Positions 14,811 through 21,493 of a DNA stretch of 21,493 nt are shown in pieces. The stretch comes from a candidate division WOR-3 bacterium. GTDB taxonomy: Bacteria > Hydrothermota > Tepidihabitantia > Tepidihabitantales > Tepidihabitantaceae. Below the pieces are notes generated by a model. The model was given only the letters and a program-made list of their open reading frames with translations, made no database searches and was not told the origin of the DNA. The translations under genes were made by a program, and so were the position numbers. Each line of letters starts with the position of its first letter. Within the stretch, counting starts at the first letter, position 1. The stretch is from contig JBDRUH010000005.1 of assembly GCA_039801225.1 (NCBI GenBank), positions 1 through 21,493 on the forward strand. The letters are read 5' to 3'.

Positions 14811-17621
14811 CTATCCGCAGGTGAAATTCAACGGGCACTGTTCACAAAGGTTTAAACCGGGCGCGGGCTGGGCAGGAAATTTGCCGGCGCGGATGTTCTG
14901 AACAATTCCCACGGTTGTTTCAATCGCCGCCTGAATCAAAGTAGCCACATCACAATCAGGTTTAGCCAGCCAGTTTATTGCCAAGCGGCGCAGACCGTAG
15001 ATGCCGATGTTATCAATTTCCTCTTTCGGAAATTCCTTCTGAACCAAGTGGGCATAAAGGGGTAATTGGATGTGGGTGCGTTGTTCGGTTACCGCTTTGG
15101 TGTTTATGCCCGCGCTACCGGTTTTGTAATCAATAACTCGCAGGCGGTTGCCGGCGCGGTCAATCCGGTCAATCCGACCATACAGGGTTATATCTGAAGT
15201 GATGGCATCTTGCAATTTTAGTTCAGTTTTAACTGGTTGATAACCTTCTTCCTGGAGTTTCTTTTCCATTTCAATAAATCGGGGCAGGAGGTTAGAAAAA
15301 ATCTGGCGGGTGACTTCGTTCCAGAAATGGGGCAGGTGGAAATTATCAAGAACCTTGTCAAGAATGCGCCGGGCAGCAGTCGGCAGCTCTTTCAATGGCA
15401 CAGCGCCATTCTGATAAAGTTTCCCCAAGACCGCATGGATTAAGCGACCCCATTGCCGGCTCTCAATTTCAAACACCGGCTCCGCCGGCGTTTCCAGTTG
15501 CAGAACCCGCTCAATGTAGAACCGATAAGGACAACGGGGATAGGCTTCTAACATTGTTATTGACAGGCTTTTATCTGGTCCAAAATGCTGGCTCAGTTCT
15601 CTTATAACCTCCTGGTCATTACTGAAATCAACCACGGTAACCAGTTCGTCAAACCGGCTCCCCTCACTTTCACCGAGCCATAACTGATGTTCCGGTTCTG
15701 AATAGATGATATTCACCGAACAAGGCTCTACCGGTGTTAACTCTAAAAACGGGGTGGGGAGCACCGGTTTGCCGTCTTGGGATTCGTGAAAACTTAAGAA
15801 GGGTGGTGAAGGGCAGGAGTAAATTGTGCGATGAAGATGAAACCGCTGCCAATCGCGGTGCCAGTTCATATCAGGCATCCCCAGTTCCTTTCTTACCCTA
15901 TCTGGCAGTAGGGGGTCAGAATGATAGGGACCAGGCAGGTTGTTTTCGGTCAGCCCGATAAAGAAGAGGTGTTTGGGCGCGATGCCCAGCGTCTCCTCCA
16001 TACTTACCACGGTAATTCCTCCCTGGTCGTTTTCCGGCGTTCTGGTCCTTAACCCTAAAAAATGGGTGAGTAGTTTAATGAACTCAGCCCGGCTTTCTTG
16101 CCCTTTGCTAAATTCCTCATCAAATTCGGCAATAGCGTCAAGAATATCATAAAGTTCCTGTCGGTCTTTTAGTAACTCCTCCTGTCCCTGGGGGGTGAGG
16201 TTTTTACAAAATTCAACCGCCTCAAGAAACTGTTTTAAGTTTCGGGCTTGGGTTGCTAGAGACCCGGTGGGCTGGAGGAACTTTTTGGTCAAACCCAGCG
16301 CCTGACTCACCCGCTCTCCCATCTCAAAGAAAAACTGGCACTCTGGGTCTTGAGGGTCAATTTCTTCCGCGGCTATTATCCGCCGGGCGATTTTCTGCCA
16401 GTTCTCTTCGCCTTTGATAATTCCCGCCCGGCAGGAGAGGCTGTTTAACGCCCGGGCGGCTTTTTCTCGTGGTTTTGAGTCTTTATCACTAGAAAGCCGG
16501 AGTAATCCCGGGAAAAATGGCGAACTGAAGGCGGCGGTGAGCGCAATCCGTTCGTAATCGGTTGCTATTGCAGTAAGAAGTTCCAAAACGGCAACAATTG
16601 GCGGCGATGACGATAGCCGGGTTTCGGGGTAAACGGTAAAAGGTATCCCATATTGTCGCAGAAGCCGACGCAGAAACGGTAAATACTCGTCAAGTCGGGG
16701 CAGGGTGACAATTGTCTCCGAGAGAAAATGGGGTCTTTCTTTAGCCGGTAACTGGTCAAGGCAGCGACGTATCTGGCGGCAAACACCGATAACCTCCTCC
16801 TCAATGGTGGGAAAACCGACCAGTTGCCAATGCTCGTCTCGGGCGGGCAAAAAGGCGGCAAGAACTGTAGTTTCAAATAGCCCCAGGGAGTTGAGAAATT
16901 CTATGAATCGCTGAGCCAGGGAATAGTTTTCATCATCATCTCTGTCGCCGAACCCGAGCGCCAAGACGGTTTCACTTCTTTCTATGAGTGGGGCGAGCAG
17001 TTTTTCTTCTAACCGGTTGGGCGCAACAAAACTGTCTAAAATTAAAACCCGCGGCAGAAAAGACTCCTGATGGAGATATTTAGTAGCCTGAGCGATGATG
17101 TCCTCATCATCAACCCAGCCCCGGGCGTTAAGTTCGGCGTTATAGGCTAAAAATGTCTGATAAGCGGTGAGCGCCTTTTTTAAAGGCTCATCAAAACCTT
17201 CAAGGAGTTTTGACAGTCGGTCGGACAGGAGCGGTTGTTCTTCTTCCGGGATATGCCTTTTGACATCGGTGATAAAGTTAGCAACAATTGCCGCATAGCC
17301 AATGCTTGAGTGGTTGAGTAGTCGCTGAATCAGTAATGCCTTCAGTTCGTTAGGGAAGTGCCGGGTGGCACCATACCGGTTGTGGAGTTCGCGGGCAAAC
17401 TGGCGCGGGGTGCGAAATAAGGGCGGAATGAACGCCCTTTTTCCAAGAATTCGGGCAAATAGCACCTGTGCCTGTCGGAGTTTGCGCGGGCTGGGGGTAA
17501 GATAAAAAATCTCTTCCGGCTTAACTCCGCTGGCTAAAGCCTCTTGAAACAAAACTTCGGTGCCGTTATGGCAACCAAAAGGTGCTAAAAAAAGTTTAAG
17601 TTTTTTGTGCAATCTGGGCAA
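14811..17621 (-). CDS. addB: AddB-like helicase/nuclease partner with PD-(D/E)XK nuclease and Fe-S ligands
   Basis: C-terminal CPYRFY...GRIDRID...IDYKTG...QLPLY...CEQCPLNFTC (four Cys). Degenerate helicase-like N-terminus. Directly upstream of addA. Confidence 0.88.
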   Translation of the reverse strand: MPRLHKKLKLFLAPFGCHNGTEVLFQEALASGVKPEEIFYLTPSPRKLRQAQVLFARILGKRAFIPPLFRTPRQFARELHNRYGATRHFPNELKALLIQRLLNHSSIGYAAIVANFITDVKRHIPEEEQPLLSDRLSKLLEGFDEPLKKALTAYQTFLAYNAELNARGWVDDEDIIAQATKYLHQESFLPRVLILDSFVAPNRLEEKLLAPLIERSETVLALGFGDRDDDENYSLAQRFIEFLNSLGLFETTVLAAFLPARDEHWQLVGFPTIEEEVIGVCRQIRRCLDQLPAKERPHFLSETIVTLPRLDEYLPFLRRLLRQYGIPFTVYPETRLSSSPPIVAVLELLTAIATDYERIALTAAFSSPFFPGLLRLSSDKDSKPREKAARALNSLSCRAGIIKGEENWQKIARRIIAAEEIDPQDPECQFFFEMGERVSQALGLTKKFLQPTGSLATQARNLKQFLEAVEFCKNLTPQGQEELLKDRQELYDILDAIAEFDEEFSKGQESRAEFIKLLTHFLGLRTRTPENDQGGITVVSMEETLGIAPKHLFFIGLTENNLPGPYHSDPLLPDRVRKELGMPDMNWHRDWQRFHLHRTIYSCPSPPFLSFHESQDGKPVLPTPFLELTPVEPCSVNIIYSEPEHQLWLGESEGSRFDELVTVVDFSNDQEVIRELSQHFGPDKSLSITMLEAYPRCPYRFYIERVLQLETPAEPVFEIESRQWGRLIHAVLGKLYQNGAVPLKELPTAARRILDKVLDNFHLPHFWNEVTRQIFSNLLPRFIEMEKKLQEEGYQPVKTELKLQDAITSDITLYGRIDRIDRAGNRLRVIDYKTGSAGINTKAVTEQRTHIQLPLYAHLVQKEFPKEEIDNIGIYGLRRLAINWLAKPDCDVATLIQAAIETTVGIVQNIRAGKFPAQPAPGLNLCEQCPLNFTCG

Positions 17622-17709
17622 ATTGGGCTTTACGCCGCTCCTCGCGCCGCCGGCGCTTCATTTCCCAGCGGTGCCGCATTCTTTTTACCTTAGTTTTACT
17701 CCTTGCCAT
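17596..17709 (-). CDS. 37-aa Arg/Lys-rich microprotein (MARSKTKVKRMRHRWEMKRRRREERRKAQFAQIAQKT)
   Basis: ATG 17709 to TAA 17596, preceded by purine-rich GAAGAGGG. Fills the gap within the operon and overlaps the addB TTG start. Confidence 0.6.
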   Translation of the reverse strand: MARSKTKVKRMRHRWEMKRRRREERRKAQFAQIAQKT

Positions 17710-17760
17710 AGCCCTCTTCAGGTAATAGTTTGAAGATTCTCCACCACTATTTTTTTCTCT

Positions 17761-18018
17761 TTAATCGGTAACCTTGAACACCTCATCATGTTCGTGGACC
17801 CGGGCGGAAACCTTCATCCCGGCCTCCTGTCCGACATCTATTTGTTGAACCGGCTGGTGTTCAATCTGGAGCGAGTCAACGACTTGAGTATGGTCGGTGG
17901 TGTGCCCCTTGATGTGAATTTTATCGCCTATGGCAATGGCGCCATCAGTTGCCTTAACCACCGCCACGCCAATTTTGCCGAAATAGTGGGTGATAACCCC
18001 AACCTTAGTTTCGGGCAT
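17761..18018 (-). CDS. Small beta-barrel protein (translation-factor domain II-like / peptidase U32 C-terminal-like)
   Basis: VGVITHYFGKIGVAVVK...GDKIHIKG...QVVDSLQ pattern. Perfect SD AAGGAGGT. Confidence 0.75.
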   Translation of the reverse strand: MPETKVGVITHYFGKIGVAVVKATDGAIAIGDKIHIKGHTTDHTQVVDSLQIEHQPVQQIDVGQEAGMKVSARVHEHDEVFKVTD

Positions 18019-18030
18019 TTTGACCTCCTT

Positions 18031-19317
18031 TTAAGGGTAGATTTTTTCCAGTAGCCGCGGGAAGGGAATTGTTTCCCGCACATGCTTCAGACCACAAATC
18101 CAGGCGACGGTGCGTTCTAACCCCAGACCGAAACCGGCGTGAGGGAACGAACCGTAACGGCGCAAGTCCAGATACCAGGAGTAAGCCTCACGCGGCAGTT
18201 TTTGCTCTGCAAGCCGTTTCTCCAACTCCCTTAAGTCCTCCTCCCGCTGACCGCCGCCGATGATTTCGCCATAACCTTCCGGAGCAATCATATCCACCCC
18301 CAATGCTAGATTCGGATTTTCCGGGTCTCGCTTCATATAGAACGCCTTAATTTGCGCCGGGAATCGGTGAACCATTACCGGTCTATCAAACGCCTGACTG
18401 ATAACCGTCTCCTCATCACCGCCAAAATCATCGCCAAACTGCACCTCCTTACCCGCTTTTTTTAGCACCTCAAGCGCCTCGGCATAAGTGATTCGGGGAA
18501 AGGGCTTTTTCACCGCCGCCAACTTGGTGATATCCCGCTCCAGGGTTTTTAACTCCTCATGGCGTTTGTCAAGAACCCGACCTATGAGATGGCAAATCAT
18601 ATCCTCCATTAAATCCATCGTCTGGTTAAGGTCAAAGAAGGCGATCTCCGGTTCCAGCATCCAGAACTCGGTCAGATGCCGACGGGTTTTGGACTTTTCC
18701 GCCCGGAAGGTCGGTCCAAAACAGTAGGTCTTGCGCACCGCCGCACAGAGCGCCTCGTTGTATAATTGTCCGGACTGGGTGAGATAAACCTCCTCGCCGT
18801 AGTAGTCAACCGGGAAAAGGGTGGTTGTTCCTTCCACCGAAGCCGGGGTGAGAATCGGCGTATCGCAGCAGAGAAACCCCTGACTGTCAAGGTATTCCCG
18901 CAGGAGTCTCACCACCTCGGCCCGAATCCGCAGAATGGCATGCTGGCGTCTTGACCGTAGCCAAAGGTGCCGGTGTTCCATTAAAAACTCAATCCCGTGC
19001 TCCTTCGGTGTTATCGGGTAGGGCTCGGCAAGACCGATAACCTTCAAATCCCTGGCGAGCAGCTCATAACCACCGGGTGCCCGCTTATCTTCGCGCACCA
19101 TTCCGGTAATTTCTACCGACGACTCCTGGGGAATGGAGTCCGCCAGTTCAAAAGCCTCTTTCGGCACCTCACCATTTAAAAACACACACTGAATGATGCC
19201 TGTGCCGTCTCGCACCAGAACAAACCGGACCTTCCCGGACGAGCGCTTATTAAACACCCAGCCGGAAATAGAAACAGTAGAACCATTCCATCTCCCGATA
19301 TCCTCAACTGTAATCAT
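18031..19317 (-). CDS. asnS: Asparagine--tRNA ligase
   Basis: OB-fold start (GWVFNKRSSGKVRF...RDGTG), RHLWLR, LTQSGQLY, FGPTFRAEKSKTRRHLTEFWMLEPE, EIIGGGQRE, GFGLGLER. Confidence 0.96.
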   Translation of the reverse strand: MITVEDIGRWNGSTVSISGWVFNKRSSGKVRFVLVRDGTGIIQCVFLNGEVPKEAFELADSIPQESSVEITGMVREDKRAPGGYELLARDLKVIGLAEPYPITPKEHGIEFLMEHRHLWLRSRRQHAILRIRAEVVRLLREYLDSQGFLCCDTPILTPASVEGTTTLFPVDYYGEEVYLTQSGQLYNEALCAAVRKTYCFGPTFRAEKSKTRRHLTEFWMLEPEIAFFDLNQTMDLMEDMICHLIGRVLDKRHEELKTLERDITKLAAVKKPFPRITYAEALEVLKKAGKEVQFGDDFGGDEETVISQAFDRPVMVHRFPAQIKAFYMKRDPENPNLALGVDMIAPEGYGEIIGGGQREEDLRELEKRLAEQKLPREAYSWYLDLRRYGSFPHAGFGLGLERTVAWICGLKHVRETIPFPRLLEKIYP

Positions 19318-19326
19318 TGTTACCTG

Positions 19327-19354
19327 ATTGTAAACAGGAGACCATTCAAGTCAA
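19327..19354 (-). promoter_or_regulatory. Sigma70-like promoter for the asnS operon
   Basis: TTGACT-N16-TACAAT, 9 nt before the ATG, no SD. Confidence 0.7.
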
Positions 19355-19399
19355 GATTATTTTATAGTTTAAAAACTTCATTGTTTTTTTAAACTCTTA

Positions 19400-19622
19400 T
19401 GTTACCTTTAACCTTATTCTGGTTGTTAAAATCGGCTGAAGTTAGTTTTTTACTTTACTTCTTAAATCCGATTTTCAGTGGCTTATTAGCCTTCTTTTTG
19501 AGACTGAACTTAGAGTTGAATCAAAAGCCATTTTAGAAAACCTTTTTAGACCATTTCTTACAACCATCCCGCCATTTGATTTTCCCTTTGAATTTAAATC
19601 CAATTTTACCATAAAACTTAGA
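19400..19622 (-). repeat. AT-rich dispersed repeat with 12-bp phasing, copy 2 (inverted)
   Basis: Ungapped reverse-complement match to 1-223. It may extend further right because copy 1 is truncated. Confidence 0.95.
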
Positions 19623-19808
19623 ATCTAACCAAAAAACGCGTCAGGAAAGGGTTTTACCACCCTAGTGCTGGAGTGGACAGCCCCCCAGATAAACCGGTCT
19701 CCTAATTAAGTTCTTTAATTACGATACTTAACTCAATTTTGACCTTCAGAATTTTGTGTATATATAAATACACTTAGCCTTTACTCTCCTCTCTCTTGTG
19801 CGCCCCCC

Positions 19809-19965
19809 TGTCATTGTGAGCGTTAGTGAAGCAATCTCCTTGCATCAACTCGGGGCAGACTCTGCAAAGCAATCTTTTCGAATCTGCTGACAGGGGTGAA
19901 GAAAAGACTTGTCCCAAGCGAAGCCGAGGAAGATTCCTCGGTAGGGTCGGAATGACGAGGCGAGG
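19809..19965. repeat. Second cluster of REP-like palindromic elements
   Basis: TGTCATTGTGAG...GAAGCAATCTC at 19809-19838. 19850-19876 is the reverse complement of 485-511 (24/27). AGATTCCTC...GGTCGGAATGAC...GAGGCGAGG at 19931-19965 resembles 523-560. Confidence 0.8.
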
Positions 19966-19996
19966 AGGTATATTAAACACAAACTATGAAATTTTA

Positions 19997-20024
19997 TTGA
20001 CACCGGTCGTGATTTCATTATAAC
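19997..20024 (+). promoter_or_regulatory. Sigma70-like promoter for the RM gene
   Basis: TTGACA-N16-TATAAC, 8 nt before the GTG. Confidence 0.6.
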
Positions 20025-20032
20025 TAACTTAA

Positions 20033-21493
20033 GTGACGATAGGAAATGACACCCTGACCAAACTGGCTGACCGGATAGTGGCGGATACAAAAACAATTTT
20101 ACGGGAGGCAAAAACTGAGGAGGATTTGAGGATTGGCTTCGAAAAACTGTTAGAGCCAATCAGAACAGAACTGCAACTCAAATCAACACCGAGATATGAG
20201 AAGTCGGTTTACAGCGGTCGTTCTGATGCGGTTCATGGTCAGGTGATAATTGAATATGAACCGCCCAAATCCTTTTCCTCTCAAAGGAACATAGCCCACG
20301 CCGAGGGGCAGTTGATTCAATATCTCTCGTCTGAGGCAAAGGCGACAGGTCTTACTCAGTTAGTCGGGGTGGGCTTTGATGGTGAGAGGATATTTTTTGT
20401 CCGCTACCGGCACAATCAATGGCAAAAAGAGCCAAAGGAAAGCGTTTATGATTTTTCACCGGAAACCGCCCGCACCCTCCTGATATATCTGCGTGCCCTT
20501 ACCCGCCTGCCTTTGACCGCAGAAAATCTTACCCAGAAATTCGGTCCCAAAGGTGAACTGGCACCGAAAGTGGTTGCCACTTTTGCCAATGCCCTTGAAT
20601 ACTGGGGTAACCAAGAGCGCATCCGCACCTTCTTCAACGAGTGGAAAAGGCTCTTCGGTATTGTCTATGGCGAGCGCTTCAATGCTGGACAAAAGACCAA
20701 AGATGTTGAGGAACTAGCAAGGATTTATCGGAGAGGCAAAGAGGCCGATTTTCAGGAACTTCTTTTCTGCATCCACACCTACTTTGCCCTGTTAATGAAA
20801 CTCATTGCCGCAGAAATTTTAACCTTGCGTGAGACCTCGCTGGGATCATCCCTTGCCGCAAGGCTGACTCACAGCCCTGATGATGAACTCAGAAGCCAAC
20901 TTGATGATATTGAGAATGGCGGCATCTACACTAAAAAGGGAATCACCAACTTCCTTGAGGGCGACTTTTTCCGCTGGTATCTTGACGCCTTTGACTCGCC
21001 GGAGTTGCAGGAGGCATTAAGGGAAATCGCCCGTTCCCTGTCCGAATTTGAGCCCGCAACCAGCACCATTGACCCTACTGCAACCCGTGACCTTCTGAAA
21101 AAACTTTATCAGTATCTTGTTCCGCAGGAGGTGCGACATTCCCTTGGTGAATATTACACACCGGACTGGCTCGCCGAACTTTTGCTCAACGAAGTCGGCT
21201 ATGATGGCAACACCCTTAAGAGGTTTCTTGACCCGGCTTGTGGCTCAGGGACATTTCTTGTTTTGGCAATTCAAAGGGCAATTGAGAAAGGGCAGGAGGA
21301 AAAACTGCCGCCAATAGAGATTGCCAAAAGAATTATTGCCAATATCTGGGGATTTGATTTAAACCCCTTGGCGGTTATCGCCGCCCGCACCAATTACCTT
21401 TTTGCCCTTGGTGAATTAGCCGGCGAACTGGAAAGTTTTGAAATCCCCATCTATCTTGCCGACTCAATTCTATGGCCTGAGCACATCGGTAAG
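20033..21493 (+). CDS. Type IIG-like fused restriction endonuclease / N6-adenine DNA methyltransferase, 5' part (runs off the window)
   Basis: Manually translated 487-codon open frame from GTG 20033. N-terminal nuclease-like GRSDAVHGQVIIEYEPP...QLIQY. MTase motif X LGEYYTPDWLA, motif I FLDPACGSGTFL and IWGFDLNPLAV. Confidence 0.88.
   Translation, partial: MTIGNDTLTKLADRIVADTKTILREAKTEEDLRIGFEKLLEPIRTELQLKSTPRYEKSVYSGRSDAVHGQVIIEYEPPKSFSSQRNIAHAEGQLIQYLSSEAKATGLTQLVGVGFDGERIFFVRYRHNQWQKEPKESVYDFSPETARTLLIYLRALTRLPLTAENLTQKFGPKGELAPKVVATFANALEYWGNQERIRTFFNEWKRLFGIVYGERFNAGQKTKDVEELARIYRRGKEADFQELLFCIHTYFALLMKLIAAEILTLRETSLGSSLAARLTHSPDDELRSQLDDIENGGIYTKKGITNFLEGDFFRWYLDAFDSPELQEALREIARSLSEFEPATSTIDPTATRDLLKKLYQYLVPQEVRHSLGEYYTPDWLAELLLNEVGYDGNTLKRFLDPACGSGTFLVLAIQRAIEKGQEEKLPPIEIAKRIIANIWGFDLNPLAVIAARTNYLFALGELAGELESFEIPIYLADSILWPEHIGK

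Noticed and set aside
19399..19536. Leu-rich 45-codon ORF (MLPLTLFWLLK...) on the TTA-phased strand
   Set aside because: No SD, its ATG is not shared with copy 1, and the phasing continues past its stop.
1..19622. Composite transposon or prophage bounded by the inverted repeats
   Set aside because: The cargo is core housekeeping genes, with no transposase, integrase or phage genes. A target duplication cannot be assessed at the window edge.
19774..20159. Track ORFs 19774-19980, 19826-20023 and 19845-20159
   Set aside because: They read through REP-like repeats or lie antisense to the RM gene, and have no protein-like features.
1629..21317. Remaining short track ORFs overlapping the long genes
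   Set aside because: Antisense or alternate-frame shadows of well-supported CDSs, without motifs or their own expression signals.

Overview
Bacterial chromosomal window, mostly housekeeping genes. Minus strand: a HAMP-PAS membrane sensor with no output domain, ktrA-ktrB K+ uptake genes, an MFS transporter, tsaE, thiolase, crotonase, addA-addB, a small beta-barrel protein and asnS. Plus strand: mfd and the 5' part of a Type IIG-like restriction-modification gene (20033 to the window edge, missing from the ORF track). The less ordinary signals are non-coding or very small. (1) A ~223-bp AT-rich element with TAA phased every 12 bp occurs twice in inverted orientation (1-223 and 19400-19622) around ~19 kb of core genes. 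(2) All six sigma70-like promoters I could read have a 16-bp spacer, and three of them imply almost leaderless mRNAs. (3) Two unannotated, very basic microproteins (24 aa and 37 aa). (4) Nested REP-like palindromes and degenerate 7-bp tandem repeats, several translated in frame inside genes. No rRNA, tRNA, CRISPR array, transposase or integrase was seen. All calls were made by eye, with no database searches.
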